Positions 1 to 10,195 of a stretch of 64,000 bases of DNA are shown piece after piece. The DNA comes from a bacterium (lineage in GTDB: Bacteria > Patescibacteriota > Minisyncoccia > Phycocordibacterales > UBA2100): assembly GCA_021781955.1 (NCBI GenBank), contig JAJXVV010000003.1:27933-91932 (forward strand), written 5' to 3'. A program made the translations under genes and the position numbers. A model generated the notes under the pieces. It was not told where the DNA came from. It saw only the letters and a list, made by a program, of their open reading frames with translations, and made no database searches. How positions within the stretch are numbered: position 1 is the first letter of the stretch; each line of letters starts with the position of its first letter.

Positions 1-194
1 CTGTTGGGCTTGTACGCGCACACGAGGTCCTTGGTGGCGTCGATGATGGCTCGATTGAAACCGACGATGCTCTCGCGGACGTCGGCCGTTCGCGCCGCTT
101 CGGGAATGCGTTCGAGGTCGCTATCGAGCCCAACGCACAGCATGTTGCCCGCATCCCACTGCTTCTCCAACAGCTCTCGAAAATCGCGACTCAT
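1..194 (-). CDS. pyrF: Orotidine-5'-phosphate decarboxylase, N-terminal part (runs off window)
   Basis: Manual translation MSRDFRELLEKQWDAGNMLCVGLDSD...FNRAIIDATKDLVCAYKPN; LCVGLD and AYKPN motifs of subfamily-2 PyrF; not in the ORF track. Confidence 0.9.
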   Translation of the reverse strand, partial: MSRDFRELLEKQWDAGNMLCVGLDSDLERIPEAARTADVRESIVGFNRAIIDATKDLVCAYKPN

Positions 195-228
195 TAGGGG
201 CAATAGTATCATTCCGTATAAAAAGATA

Positions 229-260
229 CAGCCGGCGAAACCCTTGGGTTTCGCCGGCTG
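229..260. terminator. Intrinsic terminator-like hairpin
   Basis: CAGCCGGCGAAACC/GGTTTCGCCGGCTG inverted repeat downstream of the 273-695 gene, with a T-rich tract on the minus strand. Confidence 0.6.
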
Positions 261-272
261 CGAATACTTCCG

Positions 273-695
273 TCAACACAAGTTGAAATGCCCGATCACT
301 GCTCTGTCGCCGACTAGCCGCGTATCGTCGTAATTGACGGGATCGACCAGCCGAAGCTGGAACCGGTAGTCCAGCCTGCCCGACGCTTCCAGGCGGAAAA
401 CAAAGCAGTCGTCCAAAAGCGCGAATTGGCGTCGATACCAGTCGATCCCATTCTGCATATCCATACAGTCAGCCAGATCTACCGCGCGACTCTCGAGTAT
501 CTCGACATCGGTCGTCAGGGCTTCAGCCGCCTCCGATGCCCTGACCTGGACCGCTTGCAACATCAGGCGGGCAACGCCGCGCTCCCTGACTTGCTTGATG
601 ACGAGCACGACCTCGGGCGGTTTTTCCATACCGAGCCGCCGTGCGGCGGCATTCGTTCGGCATGCCAATACCGCGTTAGCAGAATTTGCTTGCAT
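273..695 (-). CDS. Hypothetical protein (~140 aa)
   Basis: ORF with GGAGG just upstream of ATG 695 and followed by a terminator hairpin; no motif recognised. Confidence 0.55.
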   Translation of the reverse strand: MQANSANAVLACRTNAAARRLGMEKPPEVVLVIKQVRERGVARLMLQAVQVRASEAAEALTTDVEILESRAVDLADCMDMQNGIDWYRRQFALLDDCFVFRLEASGRLDYRFQLRLVDPVNYDDTRLVGDRAVIGHFNLC

Positions 696-774
696 GACCA
701 CCTCCAAAAAGAACCGGGAGGTTGATGCTAACGAAATCGCACCCGTTCGTCAATCGCTCGGTTCGCGCGCTCCT

Positions 775-1959
775 TTAAAAGGCACCGAATTGTTTGCCGA
801 CCTTCGTAAACGCTTGCACCGCGCGCTCGATGTCCGCTTCGGTATGCGCAGCCGATACCTGGACGCGGATCCTCGCTTTGCCTTTGGGCACGACCGGAAA
901 CGCGAATCCGATCACGTAGATGCCTTCATCAAGGAGCGCCTTGGCCATCGCAACTGCGCGCTTCTCATCGCCGAGCATGATCGGCGTGATGGGGTGCGGC
1001 GCGTCCGATACCGTGAAGCCGTTCTCTTTCATGCGCGCGCGGAAGAGCGCGGTGTTATCCCAGAGTTTCTTGCGAACCTCCGGATGTTTAGCGAGATAAT
1101 CGATAACGAAAAGCGATGTGCCGGTGACGGCCGTATCGAGTGAGTTTGAAAAGAGATAGGTGCGGGAGCGGTTGCGCAAATAATCAGCCGCTTCCTTGCG
1201 GGTGGCGGTATACGCGCCGCCCGCGCCGCCGAGCGCTTTGCCGAAAGTGCCCGTCACGAAGTCGACGCGATCGGCGACACCGCAATGCTCCGGCGTGCCG
1301 CCTCCGTTGCTCCCCATCACGCCGATGCCGTGCGCATCGTCCACCATGACGAGCGCGCCGTACTTGCCGGCCAAATCACAGATCGCTTTGAGCGGCGCCA
1401 CGTCGCCGTCCATGCTGAAGACACCGTCGGTCGCAACGACCGTGAGCCGCTTGCCCGCAGCAGTCTTGAGCTTTTCTTCGAGATCGGCCATGTCCATGTG
1501 TTTAAAAACAGCGCGCTCGGCCTTGGAGAGGCGCACCGCGTCGATAATTGACGCGTGGTTGAGCTCATCGCTGATAATCATGTCTTCCGCGCCGAAGAAG
1601 GTTTGGAAGAGGCCGACGTTGGCCATGAAGCACGAGGAGTAGAGCACGGCGTCGTCCTGCCCGACGAGTTTCGCGATCGCGGCCTCAAGATCTTTGTGCA
1701 CAGTTTGCGTCCCGCAGATGAATCGCACCGAGGCAAGGCCGAAACCCCATTTTTTCACCGCGTTCTCCGACGCTTTTTCCAAAAGCCCCGTCCCCGAGAG
1801 CCCTAAATAATTATTCGCGCAGAAATTCAGAAGCTTCTTACCGCCGACCGCGATCTCTCTGCCTTGCGGCGACTCGAGCATGCGCTCGGTTTTGTACGTG
1901 CCAGTCTCCCGCATCGCAGCGAGTTCCTCCTGTAAAATTGGTTTGAGTTTGTCGTACAT
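775..1959 (-). CDS. kbl: Glycine C-acetyltransferase (2-amino-3-ketobutyrate CoA ligase)
   Basis: NFCANNYLGL, SVRFICGTQ, NHASIIDA, DGVFSMDGD, GTFGKALGG (PLP Lys), FPVVPKGKARIRVQ. Confidence 0.93.
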   Translation of the reverse strand: MYDKLKPILQEELAAMRETGTYKTERMLESPQGREIAVGGKKLLNFCANNYLGLSGTGLLEKASENAVKKWGFGLASVRFICGTQTVHKDLEAAIAKLVGQDDAVLYSSCFMANVGLFQTFFGAEDMIISDELNHASIIDAVRLSKAERAVFKHMDMADLEEKLKTAAGKRLTVVATDGVFSMDGDVAPLKAICDLAGKYGALVMVDDAHGIGVMGSNGGGTPEHCGVADRVDFVTGTFGKALGGAGGAYTATRKEAADYLRNRSRTYLFSNSLDTAVTGTSLFVIDYLAKHPEVRKKLWDNTALFRARMKENGFTVSDAPHPITPIMLGDEKRAVAMAKALLDEGIYVIGFAFPVVPKGKARIRVQVSAAHTEADIERAVQAFTKVGKQFGAF

Positions 1960-2041
1960 GGTGGGAAGTGTACGCCGCTGGCCCAAAAAGAAAAGGCCGC
2001 CACGAGAACGGTCTTTTCCGCTCTTGTGGACGGCCGAATGT

Positions 2042-2527
2042 TCAGTCTCCGTCTTTGTGATCGCGCGGCCAAGAACTTGTCAGCGAGGCCTCCGCTCGTT
2101 CTGCGCGTACCCTTGCCGTATCTGCCCGGTACGCGAACAGGAACGCGAGCGGCGACGAAGCATCTCTTAGATTGACGAGGACATGCGGTACGCTACGCGG
2201 TGCGACAAAATATGTGTTTTCCGTCAAGATCTTCACGCCAGACCATTTCAACTGCCCGTCGCCCGCCGCTTCCGCAAGACGCATCTCGCCAACGCCTCGC
2301 ACGATCAAGAACGATTCATCGTTCTGATCATGCATGTGGGCGAGACCTGAGCGTCCGCGAATGCTCCCCATGAAGATATCCCACCGTCCCCCGTCGCCAG
2401 TATCGGTGCGAACGTCAAGCTTGCGCACGTGAACATCGCTGCCATTCGCGGTACAGCTCTCCGCGAACGAACGGACCGTGTCGCTCCGTGAAAGTGTTTG
2501 CAAAACGACAAAGAGCCTTGCGCTCAT
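2042..2527 (-). CDS. Cupin-domain protein
   Basis: HMHDQNDESFLIVRGVG ... PRSVPHVLVN cupin motifs 1 and 2. Confidence 0.65.
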   Translation of the reverse strand: MSARLFVVLQTLSRSDTVRSFAESCTANGSDVHVRKLDVRTDTGDGGRWDIFMGSIRGRSGLAHMHDQNDESFLIVRGVGEMRLAEAAGDGQLKWSGVKILTENTYFVAPRSVPHVLVNLRDASSPLAFLFAYRADTARVRAERAEASLTSSWPRDHKDGD

Positions 2528-2611
2528 TGGTTTTCCTTTCTTGCGGTTCCGACGAATCCCGTCTGGGACGGTTATATCACGTAAAATCGCGGCTGCAATC
2601 GCGACTCGATC

Positions 2612-3823
2612 TCAGGCATTGATGCGGAACAGGATCTTCGGATACTTTTCCATCGCTTTTTCAAAAGACGCAGGCGTGAATTTCTTGAAATCGAGGACGG
2701 TGCCCTTCCCCTCCTTGAGCATCACCTTCCAGATCTTCTCTTGGATGCCATTGGTCTTGTCGGAGAGCACGCGCTGCGCGATCTGCCACGTGCCGAAGAT
2801 GCGGCGGCCGATGATGCCGTGAACGGTGAGTCCGCGCACGATGACCGAACGCGAGAAATCCGGTATCGTCATATCGCCGTCCTTGATCCCAAAGGCGATG
2901 ACGTGTCCGCCACGGCGCGTGCACATGATGCAGTTGTTGAGCGATGAGGGCGGGCCGGCCATTTCCATCGACACGTCGACACCCTTGCCATAGGTGAGCT
3001 CAATCACGCGCTCGACGACTTCCGGATCTGCGTCCCACGCGTGCTCCTTTTTCTTTTTCGTAATGAGAATGGTCTCATGCGCGCCGAGCCGCTTCGCCAT
3101 CGCGAGGTTGGCAGGGTTGACATCGGCGACGATGACCTTGGCCGCACCAAAGGCGCGCGCAAGAAGAATACTGAACATCCCGATCGCGCCCGCGCCCATG
3201 ATCGCGACGCGCTGCCCGCGCATATCGACTGCGGTTGTCGCATGCACCGCGTTGCCGAACGGATCCATGATGGAAGCGATCTCCGCACGGATGCGGCGGG
3301 AGTCGATCGCCCAGAGATTCTTCGCCGGTATCTTCACGTACTCAGCGAAAATCCCGTCGATCGAGATGCCGAGTATCGCCTCATTCAGACACACGTGCTC
3401 CTCGCCGAGACGGCACTGGTAGCAGCGTCCGCACGTCACGTGCGAGTCGCCGGACACGAGCGAGCCTACCTGTATCTTCACGGGATTCATCTCGTCTAGA
3501 TCGTAATAGAGGCGCTGCACCATAGAACCCATGGCGACGATCTCGCCGACGAATTCGTGGCCGGTGATGCGCACGCTCTTTCCCTCGCGTGAAAGCGAAT
3601 CGTGCACCATGTCGGAAAATGCGGTGCGGTACCAGAGTCCGCGATCGGAACCGCACACGCCGGCATACTTGATCTTGAGCACGACGGAGAGCGCGTCGTC
3701 GGGATTCTTCTTCTCATCGAGGACCGGCATCGGCACCTCGCGCATGACGAAACCGCGGCTCTTTTCCCATTCTCCTTTCGCGACATCTATGGTGAGTGCT
3801 TTAACCTTTCTCTGCATGGCCAT
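2612..3823 (-). CDS. tdh: L-threonine 3-dehydrogenase (Zn-dependent)
   Basis: GVCGSD, GHEFVG, GDSHVTCGRCYQC, DPFGNAVH, GAGAIG, GIIGRRIFGTW; close to kbl. Confidence 0.85.
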   Translation of the reverse strand: MAMQRKVKALTIDVAKGEWEKSRGFVMREVPMPVLDEKKNPDDALSVVLKIKYAGVCGSDRGLWYRTAFSDMVHDSLSREGKSVRITGHEFVGEIVAMGSMVQRLYYDLDEMNPVKIQVGSLVSGDSHVTCGRCYQCRLGEEHVCLNEAILGISIDGIFAEYVKIPAKNLWAIDSRRIRAEIASIMDPFGNAVHATTAVDMRGQRVAIMGAGAIGMFSILLARAFGAAKVIVADVNPANLAMAKRLGAHETILITKKKKEHAWDADPEVVERVIELTYGKGVDVSMEMAGPPSSLNNCIMCTRRGGHVIAFGIKDGDMTIPDFSRSVIVRGLTVHGIIGRRIFGTWQIAQRVLSDKTNGIQEKIWKVMLKEGKGTVLDFKKFTPASFEKAMEKYPKILFRINA

Positions 3824-3891
3824 ACGGTGGTACTCACTACACTACCACACGTACTGTTCTTTGCGCTACCCGCGTGGTATAGATTGATGTA

Positions 3892-5196
3892 ATGAACGCT
3901 CGCATCACTTCCCTCACCGAGCGGACGAGACGGGCAGGCGAGGGCGTGCTTGCCGAAGAAAAGAGCGGCGTCCTCGCACATCTTCCGTTCCTCGGCCCTG
4001 CGGTCATTGCCTCCATCGCCTACATGGACCCCGGCAATTTCGCGACGAACATCCAATCAGGGGCGCAGTACGGTTACATGCTCCTGTGGGTCGTGCTCGT
4101 CGCCAACTTGATCGCGATGCTCTTCCAAGCACTCTCGGCCAAGCTCGGTATCGTGACCGGTAAAAGCCTTGCCGAGCACTGCCGCGAGCAACTGCCCGCG
4201 TGGGCAACGTATGCGCTGTGGATCGGGAGCGAACTTGCCGCTATGGCGACCGATCTGGCCGAGGTCTTGGGCGGCGCCATCGGACTCACGCTCCTTTTCG
4301 GTCTCCCACTTATCGTGAGCGCCGCCATCACCGGCGTCGCCACCTATGTCATCCTGCTCCTCGAAGGGACCGGCTTCCGACCGATGGAGATCGTCATCGG
4401 CACGTTCGTCGGCGCGATCAGCTTGAGCTACATCGCGGAGCTTTTCATCGCCCCGCCCGCATGGGGCTCAGCGCTCTTCCACGCCGTCGTACCGCAACTC
4501 GCCGGCGGCGACAGCGTGCTCTTGGCAGTGGGTATCGTCGGCGCCACGGTGATGCCGCACGCCATCTACCTCCACTCGAGCCTCACCAAAGACCGCATAC
4601 CGGTGCGGGGCGACGCCGACGTGAAGCGCGTGCTCACCTTCTCCAACCACGAGGTCCTGCTCGCGCTTGGCGCCGCAGGACTCGTCAACATGGCGATGGT
4701 CGCCATGTCGGCGGTCGTCTTCTTCGCGACCGGCCATCAAAACGTCGCCTCGATCGAGAGCGCCTACCACACGCTCACGCCTCTGCTCGGCATCGCGGCC
4801 GCAGGCATCTTCATGCTCTCGCTCTTGGCCTCCGGATTTTCGAGCTCGGTCGTCGGCACGATGGCCGGGCAGACTATCATGCAGGATTTCGTGCATTTTA
4901 AAGTGCCGCTCTCCATCCGCCGTCTGCTCACGCTCGTCCCGACCTTTTTCGTGATCGGATTCGGCGTCGACCCGACGCAAGCGCTCATCGTAAGCCAGGT
5001 CGTGTTGAGCCTGCTCCTGCCGCTCCCGATCATCGCGCTCATCGTCTTCACCTCGCGCAAGGACATCATGGGACAGTTCGCGAGCGGCCCGCTCCTCCTC
5101 GGCGGCGCATCGCTCGCCTCACTCGTCGTCATCGCGCTCAACGTGTTGCTCCTCCTCCAGGTCGTCCGCGTGCCGATCCCCCTTTTGTCGGCATAA
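3892..5196 (+). CDS. mntH: Nramp-family Mn2+/Fe2+ transporter
   Basis: YMDPGN, GATVMPHAIYLHS, GTMAGQ motifs. Confidence 0.93.
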   Translation: MNARITSLTERTRRAGEGVLAEEKSGVLAHLPFLGPAVIASIAYMDPGNFATNIQSGAQYGYMLLWVVLVANLIAMLFQALSAKLGIVTGKSLAEHCREQLPAWATYALWIGSELAAMATDLAEVLGGAIGLTLLFGLPLIVSAAITGVATYVILLLEGTGFRPMEIVIGTFVGAISLSYIAELFIAPPAWGSALFHAVVPQLAGGDSVLLAVGIVGATVMPHAIYLHSSLTKDRIPVRGDADVKRVLTFSNHEVLLALGAAGLVNMAMVAMSAVVFFATGHQNVASIESAYHTLTPLLGIAAAGIFMLSLLASGFSSSVVGTMAGQTIMQDFVHFKVPLSIRRLLTLVPTFFVIGFGVDPTQALIVSQVVLSLLLPLPIIALIVFTSRKDIMGQFASGPLLLGGASLASLVVIALNVLLLLQVVRVPIPLLSA

Positions 5197-5199
5197 GTT

Positions 5200-8100
5200 T
5201 TACCGCGATTTCTGCGGAGCGCGGAAGAAGAGGACGGGTACGAGGATAAGCGTGAGGACGATCGCGAAGGAAAGGCCGAACATGATGGCGAAAGCGAGCG
5301 GACCCCACATCGCGTTGGTGAAGGAGAGCGGTACCATGCCGATCACCGTCGCGATTGTCGTGAGCGCGATGGGGCGCAGCCGCGTCGCAGCCGATTCAAC
5401 GACCGTATCTATCATCGGTTCCTCCGGATGCGCGCGGCGACGATGGATCATAGAATCCATGAGGATGATGGCGTGATTGATGATGACGCCGCCGAGCGCT
5501 ATGACGCCCAAGAGCGAGGAGAACGAGACCGGCTGCCCGACGAGCGCGAGGCCGTCCAAGACGCCGATGAGCGAGAGCGGCACGATGACGAGCAGGTAGA
5601 GCGTGTAGCGGATGGAGTTGAACGCGATGATGAGGATCATGAACATGAGCAAGAGTCCTGCGATGAGCGCGATGAACATGTCGGAGAAGGATTGATTGAT
5701 GTTCTGCGTTTCGCCGCCGTAGCTCACGGTCACGCCGGAGGGCAGGTTCAGTTCACTCAAGCGCTTTTGGAACTCGCTCGTCACCGCAGAGGCGGTCGTG
5801 TGGCTGTCTGGATAGGCCGAGACGGTCTCTTCGCGCACCTTGTTGCGATGCGAGATGCTCGCATTGCTCTGCGCGAGCGAGGTCGAGAGTATGGAGCCGA
5901 GCAATACCGGCCCGTTGCTCCCTTGCACCGAAAGGCTGTTGATGGCGTCGGCGGTCGTTTGATTCGTGTCCGACGGCGTCGTGAACGCGGGATTGAGGTC
6001 GAGCTTTGCGACAACGTCGATGTTTTGTCCGGGCAGCGTGATGGTCGTCGCCTTCGCGCCGTTGACCGAATCGCGCAAGACCTGCGCCACCTGCGCCGCA
6101 TTCACGCCGAAGGCCGCGGCCTTCGCTCGATCGATCGAGAGGTCGAACTCGGTGCCGTTGTTCTGCGTCGAAGAGGTCACGTTGGTCACGTGCGGCATGG
6201 TAAGGAGGAGCGCCTTGCCGCGATCAGCCGCCGTAATGAGATCGTCCAAGTTGTTGCCGTCGAATTGTATTTGGATGGGCGCGCCGGAGGATGGACCGTT
6301 GGAGCTTTGGAGCACCTGTACCGTCGCATCGTGTATCGGCGCGAGAAGCTGCTGCAGGTCGGTGACGATCTGCGTCGAGGTCTTCGTACGGTCGGTCCGC
6401 AAATTCACGGTGATGTTGGCCAGATTGGTGCTTGCGGGCGCGCCCGCGCTCAAGCCGCTCGAAAGCGCCGACCCCTGCCCTACCGTCGTCTGGAACGAAG
6501 CGATGTCTTTGTCGGTATACAGGAACTCCTCCACCTCGCGGGCCGCGAGATCGGTGCGCGCAAGCGTCGTCCCTTCCGGCGTCTCTATGTTAATGAACAC
6601 GAAATCCTGGTCGCTCTGCGGGAAGAAGACCGATTGCACAAGTCCGGATATCGGCAAGATAAGCGACGCCGCGAAAAGCAGACCGAGCGTCCAGAGGAAC
6701 CGGCGCTGCAAGCGCGGGCGCTCCAAGAGCACGCGCAAGGCGCGCTTGTACCACTCGGTGATCTTCGCGGTATACTCCTCCTGTTTCTCTTCGAGACGAT
6801 TGCGCTTGCCGCCGGTCAACGCGAGCGCGACCAAGGGCACGATGCCGAGGGCGACGAAGATCGATGCGGTCAGTACGAAAATGAGCGTGTACGGAATACC
6901 CGCGATGAACTTGCCGACGATGCCGCGAATGAAGAAGAGCGGCGCGAACACGGCGACCGTTGCCATCGTGCCGGCGATGAGGGGCCATGCGTAGTCGTGA
7001 AGCGCTGCGTGCGCCGCTTCGATCGGAGTCGGATACAGCTTGATGCGCGCGTGTATCGCCTCAGTGACGACGATGCCGGAGTCGACCAAGATGCCGACCG
7101 CGAGAATGAGCGCGAAGAGCGATATGAAGTTGAGCGTGTTGCCGGTGAGGTAGAGCGCGAGGAACGCGATCAAGAACGATATCGGTATCGAGATGGCCGC
7201 GACGAACGATTCGCGCCAGCCGATCGTGAGGAAGAGCACCGCCATGACGAGGAGCACGGTGATAGCGCCCGTGTGTGTGAGGTCGCCGAGCTGCTTTGCG
7301 ACCTGTGCGCCCTGATCAGTGGAAGGCGGTATGAAAACGTCGAGTCCCTTGAGCGTGGTGCTCTGGAGCTTTTGGAGCTCAGTGCGCACCGAATCCGCGG
7401 TCGTTTGGATGCCGGCGCTCGATTGCTTGTAGACGGTGAGCTCGATCGCCTGCTCGCTCGGCTTGCCCCCGATGGAGAGCCGCGAGTAGCTCGTGGCCGG
7501 CGCGAGTCCGTCGGAGATGAGCGCGATATCGCGCAGGTAAATGGGCGAACCGCTCTTTTGCCCGACCGCTATGTTCGCGATCTGCGAAGTGTCGGTGATG
7601 CCGCCCTTGAAGTTGAGATCGTAGTTGACGCCGTCAAAAGAGACGTTGCCTGCGGGCAGCGCCGCATTGCTCGCAGCGATCGCCGCAACGACGCCGGGAA
7701 GCGTAAGACCGTACTGCGAGAGTGCCGCTTGGCGCACGACGACGTCCACCTCGCGGTCAGGGACTCCCGCGACGTCGACCGAGGAGACGCCTGAGATCGC
7801 GGATAGATCGTTAGAAAGCGCCGTCCCGAGCGCCGAGAATTGCGTCGGCGGCAGATCGCCCCCGATCGAGGCGACGAGGATCGGTTGCGCGTTGAAATCT
7901 ATTTTGATGACCTGCGGCGTGGAAGCGTCGGTCGGCAGGTTCGGCTCTGCCTTGGCGACCGCGTCGCGCAGGTCTTGGATGGACTGGTTGATATCGGCGC
8001 TTGCGACGAACTGCACCGTGATCTCGGAAACGCCGTCGGACGACATCGAGGTCATCGTGTCGATGTTGGCGATGCCCGATATCTGATCTTCGAGTTTGTC

Positions 8101-8295
8101 CGTGACCAGCGTTTCCATGTCGGACGCGGAGGCACCCGGTAAGGTCGTTACAACGAAGCCGTCGGGTATCGTGATGGACGGGTAGTTCTCCTTCGGTATC
8201 GAAACGAGCGCCCAAATTCCTGCGGCGCAGAGCGCCGCCAAGAGGACGTAACTGAACTGGCGTTTATTCAAGAAAAAGTTCCAAAGCCACAGCAT
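5200..8295 (-). CDS. RND efflux transporter permease (AcrB/AcrD/AcrF family)
   Basis: 1031 aa; GILVDSGIVVTE, TRLRPIALTT; two large extracytoplasmic domains. Confidence 0.92.
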   Translation of the reverse strand: MLWLWNFFLNKRQFSYVLLAALCAAGIWALVSIPKENYPSITIPDGFVVTTLPGASASDMETLVTDKLEDQISGIANIDTMTSMSSDGVSEITVQFVASADINQSIQDLRDAVAKAEPNLPTDASTPQVIKIDFNAQPILVASIGGDLPPTQFSALGTALSNDLSAISGVSSVDVAGVPDREVDVVVRQAALSQYGLTLPGVVAAIAASNAALPAGNVSFDGVNYDLNFKGGITDTSQIANIAVGQKSGSPIYLRDIALISDGLAPATSYSRLSIGGKPSEQAIELTVYKQSSAGIQTTADSVRTELQKLQSTTLKGLDVFIPPSTDQGAQVAKQLGDLTHTGAITVLLVMAVLFLTIGWRESFVAAISIPISFLIAFLALYLTGNTLNFISLFALILAVGILVDSGIVVTEAIHARIKLYPTPIEAAHAALHDYAWPLIAGTMATVAVFAPLFFIRGIVGKFIAGIPYTLIFVLTASIFVALGIVPLVALALTGGKRNRLEEKQEEYTAKITEWYKRALRVLLERPRLQRRFLWTLGLLFAASLILPISGLVQSVFFPQSDQDFVFINIETPEGTTLARTDLAAREVEEFLYTDKDIASFQTTVGQGSALSSGLSAGAPASTNLANITVNLRTDRTKTSTQIVTDLQQLLAPIHDATVQVLQSSNGPSSGAPIQIQFDGNNLDDLITAADRGKALLLTMPHVTNVTSSTQNNGTEFDLSIDRAKAAAFGVNAAQVAQVLRDSVNGAKATTITLPGQNIDVVAKLDLNPAFTTPSDTNQTTADAINSLSVQGSNGPVLLGSILSTSLAQSNASISHRNKVREETVSAYPDSHTTASAVTSEFQKRLSELNLPSGVTVSYGGETQNINQSFSDMFIALIAGLLLMFMILIIAFNSIRYTLYLLVIVPLSLIGVLDGLALVGQPVSFSSLLGVIALGGVIINHAIILMDSMIHRRRAHPEEPMIDTVVESAATRLRPIALTTIATVIGMVPLSFTNAMWGPLAFAIMFGLSFAIVLTLILVPVLFFRAPQKSR

Positions 8296-8301
8296 AGGCG
8301 T

Positions 8302-9927
8302 CTATGGCGCCGTGGACGTGGCATTGTCGGAGCCGACGATAACGAACTCGCCCGCCGAGTGCCCGCGCGCATCGGTGACGATCTGTAGGTCCGGCGATAT
8401 GCCGGAAACAACGACCCGGTCGCCGAGGATGGGGCCGAGCTGCACCGGCTGCGCAGCGAGCGTCGAGCTCGCGCTCACGATGAATACGACCGAGCCGCCC
8501 GGAGTTATCTTGAGCGCGTTGATCGGAATGGAAAGCTGCGCGTTCTGTTTCGAGAGCGGCGCGCGAGCACGCGTGAGCGAGAGCGCGACGGCTTCGCCGT
8601 CGGTGAGATCGCCGGTCGCACCGGTTACACCAACTTTAACCTCTATCTTTCCGGTCGATGGATCGAGCGCGGGCGCGACGAACGTAATGACGCCGGGGAC
8701 CAAGCTCTCCATCATCGCGGGAGCACCGACGGCAAGCGTCTTCGCGTCGTCCGAGGTCACCTGTGCGTCCACGTAGAGCGCGCCGGGATTGGAGACGATA
8801 GCGACCTGCGAGAACGCGGGCACAAAATCGCCCTGCGTCACCGGCAAACTCACGATGGTGCCGGATATGGGGCTCCTGATGATGGTCTTCTCGAGCGCGG
8901 ATTGCGCGGCCTGCAACGCGCCTTGCGCCGATTTGAGCGAAGCCTGCGCTGCCGCGATGTCCTGCGGCGTACCAGAGGTCGCGCTATTGGATGCCGTTTG
9001 CGCCGACGAAAGCGCGCTATCATACGCGCTCTGCGCCGCGACGATCGCGCTTATCGCGGCAACCACTTCCGTGCGCGCCACCGAAAGCGATGCCTGGTAG
9101 CCGCTGATCGCTGAAGCTGAGTAATTGGTGTTGGGCACGGCCTGATTGAGCGCGGTGATGAGGTCGTTCAGGAACGCGGCGATTTGCCGCGTATCGGAGA
9201 GCATCTCCTGCGCGCTACCGGCGACGTCGATCGACGAGGAAGCCGTCACGATACCCTGCATATCCGCGAACGTGTTATTGAGACCGAGGCGCTCGTTGTT
9301 GATATTAGTGACGAGCTGCGTGTTGGGCACGGTAAGCGAGATGAATCGAGGGTCGCCCGAGTGCGGGTTGGTGAAGAGCACATCGGCTTTGGTATGCACG
9401 GCATCGTCGAGCGAGGAATATGCGCTCACGAGCGCCGCATCGAGCGCCGTGCCAGCGTTCTGCGCTGCCGTCGCCGCCTGCTGCGAGGTGATGCCGGTAT
9501 TGGCGGCGGTCGTGCTGGTGAGCTTCGAGAGCGAAGCCTGCGCCGCGTCGTACGCACCTTGCGCCTGTGTCACCGCTGCGCGCTGCGCGGAATTCTCGAA
9601 CTGCCCCAGCACCTGCCCGGCAACGACATGATCGCCGATCGATGCGGAGAGGCTCACGATCTCGCCAGAAGTTTGCGCCAGTATCGTCGCCTGGCTCTCC
9701 GACTTGACCGTACCGACGACCGAGAGCGGTCCCGCTTCGGCCGAAAGCGCGCTCACGGATTCAAGCGTCACGGTCGGCGTACCGGAAGGCTGGCTTTGTG
9801 TCGATGAGGTCGCGGCCATGAAGTGCCGCACGCCGATCACGATGACCGCAATGATAACGACGCCCCCGCCTGCCGCGTACGGCCAGGGCACCATCCGCAC
9901 CCGCTGCATCACATCACGCCATGTCAT
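8302..9927 (-). CDS. RND efflux adaptor (membrane fusion protein) with long coiled coil
   Basis: N-terminal TM; lipoyl halves (SGEIVSLSASIGDHV; IRSPISGTI); directly upstream of the RND permease. Confidence 0.85.
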   Translation of the reverse strand: MTWRDVMQRVRMVPWPYAAGGGVVIIAVIVIGVRHFMAATSSTQSQPSGTPTVTLESVSALSAEAGPLSVVGTVKSESQATILAQTSGEIVSLSASIGDHVVAGQVLGQFENSAQRAAVTQAQGAYDAAQASLSKLTSTTAANTGITSQQAATAAQNAGTALDAALVSAYSSLDDAVHTKADVLFTNPHSGDPRFISLTVPNTQLVTNINNERLGLNNTFADMQGIVTASSSIDVAGSAQEMLSDTRQIAAFLNDLITALNQAVPNTNYSASAISGYQASLSVARTEVVAAISAIVAAQSAYDSALSSAQTASNSATSGTPQDIAAAQASLKSAQGALQAAQSALEKTIIRSPISGTIVSLPVTQGDFVPAFSQVAIVSNPGALYVDAQVTSDDAKTLAVGAPAMMESLVPGVITFVAPALDPSTGKIEVKVGVTGATGDLTDGEAVALSLTRARAPLSKQNAQLSIPINALKITPGGSVVFIVSASSTLAAQPVQLGPILGDRVVVSGISPDLQIVTDARGHSAGEFVIVGSDNATSTAP

Positions 9928-10163
9928 GTGATACACAGTATACTACGCGGCACCATCGCCGTTTACCTGATGTGGTCGCAGAGCGCTGCGAGCCCGGCAC
10001 CGGCCGCGAGCGCGCCCGCAGCAGCCGCGACGGCCGAGCAACAAAACCCGGCACCCGCATCGACGAGCAGTGCGCCGCACCGGTGACGACTACCTCGTCG
10101 CCGTCGACGCGCAGGGCATGATCCTTCGGTGACCTTCGCTTCGCACCCCACCCTTTCATGCCG

Positions 10164-10194
10164 GAAACCTACGAGGTGACACCTCGTGGGTTTC
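10164..10194. terminator. Hairpin after the ABC ATPase gene
   Basis: GAAACCTACGAGGT/ACCTCGTGGGTTTC inverted repeat. Confidence 0.5.
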
Positions 10195-10195
10195 G

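Noticed and set aside
229-260. Similarity to the hairpin at 10164-10194 (GAAACC/GGTTTC)
   Set aside because: The match is too short; both are adequately explained as terminators
5428-7794. 788-aa plus-strand ORF (also 45612-47288, 48432-50222, 13146-14513 and 33725-34645)
   Set aside because: Antisense or off-frame shadows of well-supported genes in GC-rich DNA; Arg-rich with no motifs
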